Source of the DNA: a bacterium
Lineage (GTDB): Bacteria; Actinomycetota; Acidimicrobiia; Acidimicrobiales; CATQHL01
Direction of reading: 5' to 3'
DNA length: 64,000 bases
Assembly: GCA_026713745.1 (NCBI GenBank)
Contig: JAPONU010000255.1
Span: 8,371-72,370 of the forward strand
Shown: piece by piece, positions 27,051 to 36,200 of the stretch
How the letters are laid out: every line of letters starts with the position of its first letter
Position numbering within the stretch: position 1 is the first letter of the stretch
The notes under the pieces: model-generated
Told to the model about the DNA's origin: nothing
Databases searched by the model: none
Seen by the model: only the letters and a program-made list of their open reading frames with translations
Program-made: the position numbers and the translations under genes

Positions 27051-28187
27051 GTGACCCGGGCCGGCGTACTGGCGCTGCTCTCCGCCCTGGTGCTCGGGGC
27101 GGCGGCCTTGCTCTTCGGGCTGCCGGAGTTGTTCCTCGTGGCGGTGGTGTGCGGAGGGCTGGTGCTCCTCGCCGGCGTCGCCCTGTCCCTGCGGCCCCCG
27201 CTGCGGGCCGTTTGCAACCCGGCCCGCCGGCGCGTCGCCTGCGGCACCCCCCTGGTGGTCCATCTCCGCCTGAACAACGTGGCCCGGCGGCGCGCTGCGC
27301 CCGCGTCCGACGTCTTCGACGAGGCCTTCGACCCTCCCGGGCCCGTCCTGCGTTTGGGCCCCATGAGGTCCGGAGCGGTGGTCAACGAGCATTACCACCT
27401 CGCTACCCCCAGGCGCGGCTGGCGCACCATCGGACCTGTGTGGCTGGAGGTGGAGGACGCCTTCGGCCTGGCGCGTCGCCGCCACCGGCTGGCCCCGCGT
27501 CGCCAGGTGCTCGTGTGGCCCGAGATCGCTGAGTTGGCGGCGATTCCCGAGACCGTCGAGCACGCTACCGAACGGCGCAGGCAGGCCCGGCTCACCTCGG
27601 GCGCCGCCACCGACTTCCACAGCCTCCGGAGCTTCGAGCCCGGCGACGATCCGCATCGGATCCACTGGCCGGCGAGCACCCGCTACCAGGAACTGCTGGT
27701 GCGCCGCTTCGAGACCGTCCAGCGTCCGGAGACCTTGCTGTACCTGGACACCCACGCGACGGCCGCGAGCCCCGAGGTCTTCGAGCTGATGGTCTCGGCC
27801 GCCGCCGGGCTGGCCGTGATGGCCACCGCCGAGTCGGGATCGGTCCGGTTGCTGACGAGCAGCGGTGCCGAGGTGCGCGCCACGGGCTCTCCCACGGGCG
27901 TTCTCGACGCCCTGGCCCTCGTCGAACAGGTTCCCGCCGACGGTCCGGAGGCCGCGCGGCTGCCGGTCGGCGCGGCGCGGATGATCCTGCTGGCTGTCAT
28001 GGGCGGCAGTGTGGGCGAGTCCCCGCCGGCTCTGAATCTGTTCGAGGGGCGCCGGCTGGTCCTGAGTTTCTACCAGGACGAGCCCCCCGAGGAACACCGC
28101 GACGTCCTGGCCATCGGACCGGGCGAATCGACCGCCGAGCGCTGGGAGGAGTTCCGGACAATGCGGGCCGGCTCCGGTGGCCGATGA
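27051..28187 (+). CDS. DUF58-domain protein (MoxR partner)
   Basis: Two N-terminal TM segments, then the DUF58 core FHSLRSFEPGDDPHRIHWPASTRYQELLVRRFE. It follows moxR by 12 nt. Confidence 0.85.
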   Translation: MTRAGVLALLSALVLGAAALLFGLPELFLVAVVCGGLVLLAGVALSLRPPLRAVCNPARRRVACGTPLVVHLRLNNVARRRAAPASDVFDEAFDPPGPVLRLGPMRSGAVVNEHYHLATPRRGWRTIGPVWLEVEDAFGLARRRHRLAPRRQVLVWPEIAELAAIPETVEHATERRRQARLTSGAATDFHSLRSFEPGDDPHRIHWPASTRYQELLVRRFETVQRPETLLYLDTHATAASPEVFELMVSAAAGLAVMATAESGSVRLLTSSGAEVRATGSPTGVLDALALVEQVPADGPEAARLPVGAARMILLAVMGGSVGESPPALNLFEGRRLVLSFYQDEPPEEHRDVLAIGPGESTAERWEEFRTMRAGSGGR

Positions 28188-30490
28188 CCCGGCTACCGCA
28201 CCCGCCGGCCGGCTCACTGCCGGGAGAGCTGCTGGCGGCCGCGGTCACCTTGACCACCCTGGCAGGGGGTGTCCGCCTCTTCGACGGCACGACTTTCCTG
28301 GCCCCGGTGCTGGGGTCGGCCCTGCTTGCACACGTGCTCGTGGCTCTTGTGCGTCGTGCGGGCCGCGGCGTGGTGCTCGGCGCGCTCGTCGGGCTGGTCG
28401 GCGTGGCCGCGCTGCAGCTCTGGGTGCATTACCCGCACACGACCACCTACGGGCTTCCCCGGCGCGCCTCCCTCGAAGCGTTCACGGCGGACATCGGCGG
28501 CATCGGGGAGGTGTTGCGCTCCTCGCAGGTACCGCTCGCCACCGACACCGGCCTGATCGTCGCGGCCGCCGCAGTCGCCTGGTTGCTCGCCCTGCTGAGC
28601 GACTGGGCGGCCTTCCGCGTCGGAGCGCGCGGCGAGGCGCTGGCCCCGGCGGCGATCCTGCTGGCCGTGGTGGCGACCTTCGGAACCTCCGGGGGCGCGA
28701 TCCTCTACCCGACCATCATCGTGGCCTGCGCCGTGGCCTTCGCCCTGGTTCATGCCGCGGCACGTTCGGCGGCCCGGCCGGTCGCCGGCTCCACCGGACA
28801 TCGCCGGGCGCACATGCCCCGGGGGCTCATCACGGGAGCGCTGGCCATCGGCGCCGGCGCGCTGATTACCAGCGCGCTGGGGCCCACTCTCGCCGACGGA
28901 CCGCTGCGGAAGCTGCTGGATCCGTCGACGCCTGCGGTGGGCGAGGGTCGCACGGTCGTCCTAAGTCCGCTCGTCGCCGTACCCGGCCAGCTGCTGCGAA
29001 ACCCCGATCTGGAACTCTTCACGGTGTGGAGCTCGGAGCGCTCCTACTGGCGCCTGACCGCTCTCGGTGACTTCGACGGCGAGGTCTGGTCGCTCGATGA
29101 GACCACCCGGGCGGCCGGCGAGTCCCTACCGGCCCTCGCTGTGACGTCCGGCCCGGTACGCGAGATCACCCAGAGTTACGAGATCGGAGCGCTGGCCGCA
29201 GTCTGGCTGCCGGCGGCCTACCAGCCTGTGGAGTTCGAACCCTTGACCGCGCAGTTCGGAGCCAGCTACGAGCCGATCTCCTCGACCCTGCTCGTGGGTT
29301 CGGGGCGTTCGGACTCCGACGGCGTGGCCTACACCGTGCGATCGGCAGCGCCGAGCTTCGACCCTGCCTTTCTGGGATCGCTGCGGAACGATCCCATGGA
29401 CGTACCTCCGGGGTTCCTGGAGCTGCCGGAGGACCTGGACCCATCGCTCGCCGAGTTGGCCGCAGAGGTCACCGCCGGGCGGGACGGGCCCTACGAGCAG
29501 GGGCTCTCCCTGCAGGACTGGTTCCGGGGTGGCTTCGAGTACGACCTCGAGGTGGCCCCCGGCCATTCGGGCGACCGGCTCGAGAGCTTCCTCTTCAGCG
29601 AGCGCCGGGGATACTGCGAACAGTTCGCCGCCGCTTTCGCCACGCTGGCCAGAACCCTCGGCCTGCCGGCGCGGGTGGCGGTGGGGTTCACCCCGGGAGT
29701 GGCCGTGGACACCGGCGCTTCCGGCGACACTCTCTACAGCGTGCGCGGCCGGCAGGCCCATGCCTGGCCCGAGGTCCACATCAGCGGCGCCGGCTGGGTG
29801 GCCTTCGAGCCCACTCCGGGACGCGGCGCGCCCGGAGCCGAGGCGTACACGTTGATCCCCGAGGAGCAGGACGCGCCGCCGCAGTCCCCGGGCCCCGCGG
29901 CGACCCAACCGCCGTCGGTCGGGCCCGGATCGGGCGCTGAGCCGCCGGCGCCTCCTCCGACCGCCCCCACCCCAGGCGAATTCGCTGATGAGGGGAACGG
30001 TGTCAGCGCGGCGCGCATCGCAACACTGGTTGGATTCGCTGTGGCGGCCGTTGTGGCCGCTGCCGCCCTCTACGCGGCGGAGACCGCCGGGCTCCGCTCC
30101 CTGCAGCGCCGGCGCAGGCGCCGCTGGGCAGGCGGGGACGCCGGCCGCGGTGCGGTGGTGGCCTGGGAGGAGGTCATGGATCTGCTGCGACCCCACCGCA
30201 TCAGGCCGCGCTCCTCAGAGACACCCATCGAGGTGGCTCAGCGAGCCTCCCGGAGACTCGGCTCGGCACCGGAGCCGTGGCGACGGCTCGCCTTCTCCGT
30301 CTCGGTGGCGGCGTTCGCGGACGGTCCCATGCCAGCCGAACTCCACCGGCAGGTGGTGGCGGCGGTCGAGTTGATCACAGCGGACCTGCGGGAGTCCCGG
30401 ACACCGGTGCAGCGATTGCGGGGAATCGTCGACCCCCGTCCCTGGGAGTTGCTGCTGGGATTCGAGCGCCGGGACCGGAGTACTACCTAG
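28184..30490 (+). CDS. Transglutaminase-like membrane protein (TgpA-like)
   Basis: Multi-TM N-terminus and the transglutaminase core RRGYCEQFAAAFATLARTLGLPARVAVGF...GRQAHAWPEVHISGAGWVAFEPT (Cys-His-Asp/Glu). A Pro-rich segment and a C-terminal TM follow. ATGA overlap with the DUF58 gene. Confidence 0.85.
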   Translation: MTRLPHPPAGSLPGELLAAAVTLTTLAGGVRLFDGTTFLAPVLGSALLAHVLVALVRRAGRGVVLGALVGLVGVAALQLWVHYPHTTTYGLPRRASLEAFTADIGGIGEVLRSSQVPLATDTGLIVAAAAVAWLLALLSDWAAFRVGARGEALAPAAILLAVVATFGTSGGAILYPTIIVACAVAFALVHAAARSAARPVAGSTGHRRAHMPRGLITGALAIGAGALITSALGPTLADGPLRKLLDPSTPAVGEGRTVVLSPLVAVPGQLLRNPDLELFTVWSSERSYWRLTALGDFDGEVWSLDETTRAAGESLPALAVTSGPVREITQSYEIGALAAVWLPAAYQPVEFEPLTAQFGASYEPISSTLLVGSGRSDSDGVAYTVRSAAPSFDPAFLGSLRNDPMDVPPGFLELPEDLDPSLAELAAEVTAGRDGPYEQGLSLQDWFRGGFEYDLEVAPGHSGDRLESFLFSERRGYCEQFAAAFATLARTLGLPARVAVGFTPGVAVDTGASGDTLYSVRGRQAHAWPEVHISGAGWVAFEPTPGRGAPGAEAYTLIPEEQDAPPQSPGPAATQPPSVGPGSGAEPPAPPPTAPTPGEFADEGNGVSAARIATLVGFAVAAVVAAAALYAAETAGLRSLQRRRRRRWAGGDAGRGAVVAWEEVMDLLRPHRIRPRSSETPIEVAQRASRRLGSAPEPWRRLAFSVSVAAFADGPMPAELHRQVVAAVELITADLRESRTPVQRLRGIVDPRPWELLLGFERRDRSTT

Positions 30491-30538
30491 CCACCGCCGC
30501 CCCGGCGAGACCCGCCGGCAATCTGTGTGGGCCGCGCG

Positions 30539-30940
30539 TCAGTCGCCCCGCTGGTCGCGGTTGAAACGGTCGCGCATCCGCTGGCCGGGCGAACCGCTCT
30601 CGTCGCGCCAGGCGCCGCTGAGGGGATTGCGTGAGATCTGCTGCAGGCCGGCCTTACCCACAAGGCGGGCATTCCGCTCGAAGAACATCGCCGAGGCCAG
30701 CATGATCAAGAAGCCCACGAACGACAGCCAGAACGATGTCGACAGTGTGAAGATCATGAAGACGATGCCGGCGATGAATCCCAGGACCGATCGGCGCAGG
30801 TTCCGGAATCCGTGGCGGAACACCGTGGTGGAGCGAACTTCTTCGGCGAGCTCCGGATCGGTCTCATAGAGGTTCGCCTCGATCTCACTGAGTATCCGTT
30901 GCTCGTCATCCGACAGCGGCACAGGCGTTGCTCCCTTCAC
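30539..30940 (-). CDS. DUF3040-domain membrane protein
   Basis: PLSDDEQRILSEIEANLYETDPEL is the typical DUF3040 N-terminus and is followed by two TM helices. GTG start at 30940. Confidence 0.75.
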   Translation of the reverse strand: MKGATPVPLSDDEQRILSEIEANLYETDPELAEEVRSTTVFRHGFRNLRRSVLGFIAGIVFMIFTLSTSFWLSFVGFLIMLASAMFFERNARLVGKAGLQQISRNPLSGAWRDESGSPGQRMRDRFNRDQRGD

Positions 30941-31028
30941 GGTCAACAGCGGCTCGGCAGACCGCTGTTGGGTCGGCCGAGGTACCCAAGTCTCGCACAC
31001 GCGGCGCGCTGCCACAACGCATTGTCGC

Positions 31029-32258
31029 TCATTGAGCGCGTTCAACCCCCTCCTGCGGTGCCGGAGAATGAGTGCTGGCCGGAGCGATCACCTGCGCACC
31101 GAATCTGGCCCGCAGCTCGTCGAGCGCCTCGTCGAGCGCGCTGGCCGGCGCCCCGGCGGCCTCATCGAGGGTGAGTTGCTCGCCGCCACCGACCGAGAGT
31201 GCGCCCGCTGCGAGGCCCAGGAGTCGCACCCCGGTGTCGATCCCGGTGGAATCCAGCAGCTTTCGTGCCGCCCGTGCGATGTGCGGGCCGTGCGCGGTCG
31301 CCCGCGGCAAGGTCCGCGATCTGCTCACAGTCCGGAAGTCGCCGAAACGAAGCTTCAGAACGATGGTGGCGGTCGTGCAACCGGCCTCCCGCAGGCGTGC
31401 CGCGAGGGCGTCGGCTTGACGCACCACCTCGACCTGCAGTGCGAGGCGGTCCAGTACGTCCTGGGGGAAGGTCACCTCGGTGCTCAGCGACTTTGGCGCC
31501 CGCGAGGCAACGACCGGGCGAGGGTCGTGTCCCACGGCGAGTTCGGCGAGCCGGTACCCGTGCGCCCTGCCGAAGGTGGCCACGAGGGTGTCGGGAGGCA
31601 GAGCCGCCAACTCGCTGACGGTCTTCACGCCGAACTCGCGCAGCCGGCCCAACGTGGCCGGACCGACCCCTGGCAGCGACCGCACCGGCAGCCCGTGCAG
31701 GAACGCCGGCGTCTCAGCAGGCTCCACCACTACCACCCCGCGGCCGGGTCGCACCCCTCCTGGGGCCGCCAGCGGCTTGGCATGCTCGGAGGCCAGCTTT
31801 GCCACCAGCTTGTTCGACGCGACGCCCACCGAGCAGGTGAGACCCTCGGTATGCGCCAAGTCGGCGCGGATCCGCCGGGCAATCTCAGCGGGCTTGCCGA
31901 ACAATCGCCGGGCGCCGGTCACGTCCAGGAACGCCTCGTCCAGCGACAGCGCCTCCACCACCGGCGTGAAGGTCGCGAAGTGTTCCATGATCCTCCGGCT
32001 GAGTTCACGGTAGTAGTCGTGATCGGTGTCCAGGAACACTCCGCCGGGACACAGCGAGCGAGCACGCCGGGTTGGCATCGCGGAGTGCACACCGAACCGG
32101 CGGGCCTCATAGGAGGCTGCGGCCACGACACCCCGATCACCCGTGCCCCCGACAATCACCGGCCGGTCGAGAAGTTCGGGACGCCGCAGCACCTCCGCCG
32201 CGGCGAAGAAGGCGTCCATGTCCACGTGCAGCACGTTGGCCGCACCGGTCTGCGGCAT
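31029..32258 (-). CDS. dinB: DNA polymerase IV (Y-family)
   Basis: VLHVDMDAFFAAAEVLRRPEL, PVIVGG, ASYEARRFGVHSAMP and SLDEAFLDVTG. Confidence 0.93.
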   Translation of the reverse strand: MPQTGAANVLHVDMDAFFAAAEVLRRPELLDRPVIVGGTGDRGVVAAASYEARRFGVHSAMPTRRARSLCPGGVFLDTDHDYYRELSRRIMEHFATFTPVVEALSLDEAFLDVTGARRLFGKPAEIARRIRADLAHTEGLTCSVGVASNKLVAKLASEHAKPLAAPGGVRPGRGVVVVEPAETPAFLHGLPVRSLPGVGPATLGRLREFGVKTVSELAALPPDTLVATFGRAHGYRLAELAVGHDPRPVVASRAPKSLSTEVTFPQDVLDRLALQVEVVRQADALAARLREAGCTTATIVLKLRFGDFRTVSRSRTLPRATAHGPHIARAARKLLDSTGIDTGVRLLGLAAGALSVGGGEQLTLDEAAGAPASALDEALDELRARFGAQVIAPASTHSPAPQEGVERAQ

Positions 32259-32291
32259 GCGGCCACGCTAGGGCGCCTCGGCGCCGGTGCG

Positions 32292-32618
32292 ATGGTGACG
32301 CGGAGTCGTAGCATGGTCCGGGTGAGTGACGGGGAGGCCCCCACGACGCCCCGCTCGGCCCTGCCGGGGCGCCGGGCACGAGCCGTTGCCACCCTGGCGA
32401 TCCTCCTGGCGGGGGTCTGCGGCGGCCTGATCGGGTACGCCCTCGTCGACGTGAGTTGCACGGGCGAGTGCAACTGGCAACAGGGGGTGGGTGCCCTCGT
32501 GGGTGCCGCAGTGGGCGCGTCAGGCGTCGCCGTCGTCGCCTCCCTCACGCTGCGTGCCATGCACGAGTGGCGAACCTCCTCCCGAGCCGGCTCCAGGTCC
32601 GCCCGGCGGTCCCGGTGA
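32292..32618 (+). CDS. Small hypothetical membrane protein
   Basis: This is the C-terminal part of ORF 31032..32618, after the region antisense to dinB. Two predicted TM segments (VATLAILLAGVCGGLIGYALV and ALVGAAVGASGVAVVASLTL). Its TGA overlaps the GTG of the next gene. Start is ATG 32292 or 32313. Confidence 0.4.
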   Translation: MVTRSRSMVRVSDGEAPTTPRSALPGRRARAVATLAILLAGVCGGLIGYALVDVSCTGECNWQQGVGALVGAAVGASGVAVVASLTLRAMHEWRTSSRAGSRSARRSR

Positions 32619-33469
32619 GTCCTGGAGGCATCGACCTCCACCCCCTCCGGCAACTCGCGGTTGAACTGGCCACCGAAGCCGCCGGCGTCGTTTCCGAACA
32701 CCACGGTCGAGCCGCGGCCGTCGCCACCAAGTCCTCCCGGACCGATCTGGTCACCGCCATCGATCGTGCCGCGGAGACGCTGATCACCTCGCGCCTCGAC
32801 GACCTCCGACCGGATGACGGCATCGTCGGCGAGGAGGGGGCCTCCCGACCCGCTACGTCGGGGATCACGTGGTTCATCGACCCCATCGACGGCACCACAA
32901 ACTTCGTGTACGGGCATCCCGGATACGCGGTGTCGGTGGCGGCGGCCAGCGGTGGCCGGCCGATCGCCGGCGCCGTCGTCGACCCGCTGCACGGGGAGGT
33001 CTTCTCGGCGGCGCTCGGTGCCGGGGCGGCGTGCAACGGCGAAGCGCTCGCGGTGACCAGCACCGGAGACCTCCGGTCGGCCCTCGTCGCCACCGGATTC
33101 GGGTACGACGCAGCTGATCGGGCCCACCAGGGCGCCGTCGTGGCCGGCCTCGTCGGTCGGGTGCGCGATATCCGCCGCATGGGTTCGGCGGCCCTGGACC
33201 TCTGCTCGGTCGCCGCCGGCCGCGTGGACGCCTACTACGAGTACCGCCTCTGCCCGTGGGACCACGCGGCGGGAACCCTCATCGCCTCCGAGGCCGGCGC
33301 GGTCACCCGGAGCCCCCTGCTGGCGGCACCGGGAACCGCCGGTTCCGACCACACCGGGTTCGTCGTAGCGTCGGCCCCCGGCGTGGCGGCAACCCTCGAC
33401 GAACTCTTGATCGAGCTTGAAGCCTGGCCGTCCGCGAGTTCCCCCGACCGGACCGCCGACAAACTCTGA
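32615..33469 (+). CDS. Inositol monophosphatase-family protein (SuhB/ImpA-like)
   Basis: DLVTAIDRAAE, GEEG, WFIDPIDGTTNFV and WDHAAGTLIASEAG are IMPase motifs. GTG 32615. Confidence 0.85.
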   Translation: MSPGGIDLHPLRQLAVELATEAAGVVSEHHGRAAAVATKSSRTDLVTAIDRAAETLITSRLDDLRPDDGIVGEEGASRPATSGITWFIDPIDGTTNFVYGHPGYAVSVAAASGGRPIAGAVVDPLHGEVFSAALGAGAACNGEALAVTSTGDLRSALVATGFGYDAADRAHQGAVVAGLVGRVRDIRRMGSAALDLCSVAAGRVDAYYEYRLCPWDHAAGTLIASEAGAVTRSPLLAAPGTAGSDHTGFVVASAPGVAATLDELLIELEAWPSASSPDRTADKL

Positions 33470-33499
33470 GCACGGCAGCACCGCGCAAATTGGGGCAGC

Positions 33500-34189
33500 A
33501 TGGTGCCTATGGCGACGCGCATCCTGACCGTGGAGGACGACGAGAGGATCCGCACCTCCCTGCGACTGGCCCTCGAGGACGAAGGCTGGGAGGTGGCGGA
33601 ATCCTCCAACGGCGAGGACGCGCTGAGCATCTTCCGCCGGCAACCCACCGATGTCGTTCTGATCGACATCATGCTGCCGGGAGTGGACGGATTCGAGGTG
33701 TGCCGCTCGCTGCGACGTATCAGCAACGTTCCCATCGTGATGGTGACCGCCCGGGAGGACACCCACGACATCGTGGCCGGGCTGGAGGCGGGCGCCGACG
33801 ACTACCTCACCAAGCCGTTCGCGCCCAAGGAGTTGTCGGCACGGATCCGGGCCCTGCTACGCCGGGCGCGCACCGCCGAGGGCCCTCTCACGAACTTCAT
33901 CTTCGCCGATCTGGAGGTGTTCGCCGAGGAGGGCGTCGTGCGCCGCGGCAGCCAGGAGATCAACCTCACCAAGACCGAACTCCGGTTGCTGGTCGAGTTG
34001 GCCTCCAACCCCGGGCGAACCCTCAGCCGGGAGGTGCTGCTGGAACGGATCTGGGGCTACGACTACTTCGGCGACAGCCGCCTGGTTGACGTGCACATCC
34101 GGCGCCTGCGAACCAAGATCGAGACCGACCCTGCCAATCCCCGCCACGTGGTGACCGTCCGCGGCGAGGGGTACAAGCTGCAGCCGTAG
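33500..34189 (+). CDS. mtrA: OmpR-family response regulator MtrA-like
   Basis: RILTVEDDERI, DVVLIDIMLPGVDG (phospho-acceptor Asp), DDYLTKPF, and the winged helix TKTELRLLVELASNPGRTLSREVLLERIWGYDYFGDSRLVDVHIRRLRTKIE. Confidence 0.9.
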   Translation: MVPMATRILTVEDDERIRTSLRLALEDEGWEVAESSNGEDALSIFRRQPTDVVLIDIMLPGVDGFEVCRSLRRISNVPIVMVTAREDTHDIVAGLEAGADDYLTKPFAPKELSARIRALLRRARTAEGPLTNFIFADLEVFAEEGVVRRGSQEINLTKTELRLLVELASNPGRTLSREVLLERIWGYDYFGDSRLVDVHIRRLRTKIETDPANPRHVVTVRGEGYKLQP

Positions 34190-34194
34190 CCGCC

Positions 34195-35574
34195 GTGGCC
34201 GCGCGCATCTCCCTGCGGCTGCGCGTCAGCCTCGTGTTCGGCCTCGGAGCGCTTGTGCTCGCTGCAGGTCTGTCACTCATCACCTACGAGTTGACAAGGG
34301 ACAACCTGCTGAGCCGCCGGGAGGAGTCCTCCCTGGCACGGGTCCTGTTCAACGCCACCCAGGTGAGCCGGCTCATTGACGCCGAGTCCACCGAGCAACA
34401 GCTGCGCGACCTGTTGCAGAACCTCTACACGCCGCTCGGGGCGCGTCCGGTCATACGCTTCGGAGACCTCTGGCTCTCCGCCAACCCCGTGGAGTTCAGT
34501 GAGCCTCAGATCGACCCATTCCTGAAGGACACGGTGGCACAGGGCCGCGCCGCACAGATGCGCTACGTCGTGGGCGAAACCCCCTTCGCCGTCATCGGCA
34601 TCCCCTACTTCGACATCGACGCCGCCTACTACGAGGCAGTGCCGCTCGACGACATCGCGGCCACGCTCAGCTCGCTGCTGATCGCGCTCCTCACCGGCAG
34701 CGCCATCACGGTGCTCGCCGGCATCGGGATCGGCATCTGGGCGGCACAGCGTGCGGTGCAACCCCTCACCGACATCGGCGAGGCGGCCGAGGCCATCGCC
34801 GCCGGCGATCTCAACACGCGCCTCGAGGGCGCCGATCCCGACCTCGAGCGGCTCTCGCGCTCGTTCAACCAGATGGCGAGTGCCCTGCAGGACCGGATCG
34901 AGCGCGATGCCCGCTTCGCCTCGAACGTCAGCCACGAGTTGCGCTCACCCCTGATGACGCTGACCGCCTCTCTGGAGGTCCTCCGCAAGCGCCAGAGCGA
35001 GTTGCCGGCGCGCTCCCAGACGGCCCTCAACCTGCTCACCGCCGACCTCGAACACTTCAAGCAGCTCGTCGCCGACCTGCTGGAGATTTCCCGGTACGAC
35101 GTCGGCGCGGCCGCGCTGGAGCTGGAGGAGTTCGAGATCATCGAGTTCGTCCAGCAGGCGGCGCGCGCCGCCGGTCAGACTCCCGGAGTGACGCGCGATC
35201 CCGACACCGAGGGTTTGGTGGTGCGGGCCGACCGGCGCCGGCTGGCGCAGGTCATGGCAAATCTGCTGGAGAACGCGCACAATCACGCCGGAGGAGCCGC
35301 GGCGATCCACGTGGAACGCCGCGATTCCACCGTGGAGATCGCCGTGATCGACTCCGGGCCCGGAGTGGCGCCGGCGGACCGGGACATCATCTTCGACCGC
35401 TTCTCCCGCGGCAGCCGGCAGACCTCCGGCGGGCGCTTCAGCGGCACGGGGCTGGGATTGGCACTCGTGTCCGAACACGTTCGCATCCACGGAGGCTCGA
35501 TCCGCGTGACCGACCGACCCGACGGCCTCTCCGGCGCATGCTTCGTCGTCAGTCTCCCGGTGAACGAACTGTGA
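34195..35574 (+). CDS. mtrB: Sensor histidine kinase MtrB-like
   Basis: Two TM segments plus HAMP, the H-box FASNVSHELRSPL, the N-box LLENAHNH, and the G-boxes DSGPGV and GTGLGLALV. Confidence 0.88.
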   Translation: MAARISLRLRVSLVFGLGALVLAAGLSLITYELTRDNLLSRREESSLARVLFNATQVSRLIDAESTEQQLRDLLQNLYTPLGARPVIRFGDLWLSANPVEFSEPQIDPFLKDTVAQGRAAQMRYVVGETPFAVIGIPYFDIDAAYYEAVPLDDIAATLSSLLIALLTGSAITVLAGIGIGIWAAQRAVQPLTDIGEAAEAIAAGDLNTRLEGADPDLERLSRSFNQMASALQDRIERDARFASNVSHELRSPLMTLTASLEVLRKRQSELPARSQTALNLLTADLEHFKQLVADLLEISRYDVGAAALELEEFEIIEFVQQAARAAGQTPGVTRDPDTEGLVVRADRRRLAQVMANLLENAHNHAGGAAAIHVERRDSTVEIAVIDSGPGVAPADRDIIFDRFSRGSRQTSGGRFSGTGLGLALVSEHVRIHGGSIRVTDRPDGLSGACFVVSLPVNEL

Positions 35575-36200
35575 AGCCCGTGCGGCACCGACGCCCCACC
35601 CTGCGGTCCGTTCCCGCGTTGCTGGCGACTCTCGGGCTGCTGGGGATCGCAGCGGCATGCGGGGTCCCCCAGGATCCGGCGCCACGCATCCTCGACGCTT
35701 CGGTGCTGCCCGAGGAGCTGGCGGTCCCCGTCACGACCACGACTTCCACCGAGGCTCCGGTACCGCGCCAGACCGTCCTCCTGTACTTCGTGGACGGCGA
35801 GTCTCTCAGCCGGCCGATCGAGCGCGAGCTGGCCACACCGGCAGGCCTGCCGGCCGCTCTCGACGCACTCATCGCCGGCCCGACCGAGGAGGAGGCCGGG
35901 GCGGGGCTGACGTCGGTGATTCCTGCCGAGACGGTCGTCCTCGGCAGCGACCTCGCCAACGGCGTCCTACAGGTGAACCTCGCCGAAGGGGCGCTGGAGC
36001 AGATCGAGGGCGCGCTCCAGAGCCTGGCGATCGCCCAGCTCGTCTATACCGCCACCGAGCTCCCCGGAGTGGACTGGCTCTGGGTGCTGATCGAGGGTGA
36101 ACCCCGCGCCCTGCCCACTGATCAGGGCGACGTGGAGGCACCCGTCGGCCGGGTGCACTACGCCACCCTGGGACCGTCGGGGCCCGGTCCCGGCAGCTAG
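35571..36200 (+). CDS. lpqB: Short LpqB-like lipoprotein (GerMN domain only)
   Basis: GTGA overlap with mtrB. Signal peptide with a Cys lipobox-like LLGIAAACG. VLLYFVDGESL...LDALIAGPTEEE...GVLQVNL...AIAQLVYTATELPGVDWLWVLIEG is a GerMN-type domain. It is about 209 aa, whereas I recall LpqB proteins as several hundred aa longer. Confidence 0.7.
   Translation: MKPVRHRRPTLRSVPALLATLGLLGIAAACGVPQDPAPRILDASVLPEELAVPVTTTTSTEAPVPRQTVLLYFVDGESLSRPIERELATPAGLPAALDALIAGPTEEEAGAGLTSVIPAETVVLGSDLANGVLQVNLAEGALEQIEGALQSLAIAQLVYTATELPGVDWLWVLIEGEPRALPTDQGDVEAPVGRVHYATLGPSGPGPGS

Noticed and set aside
25664-28217. Long minus-strand ORFs (25664-26722 at 352 aa, 26817-28217 at 466 aa, and others) opposite moxR and DUF58
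   Set aside because: They are antisense to genes with Walker A/B and DUF58 signatures, and their composition is dominated by Arg, Gly, Pro and Ala.
32156-33766. 536-aa minus-strand ORF opposite the IMPase gene and the mtrA 5' end
   Set aside because: It is antisense to genes with clear IMPase and response-regulator motifs, and its sequence is low-complexity and Arg/Gly-rich.
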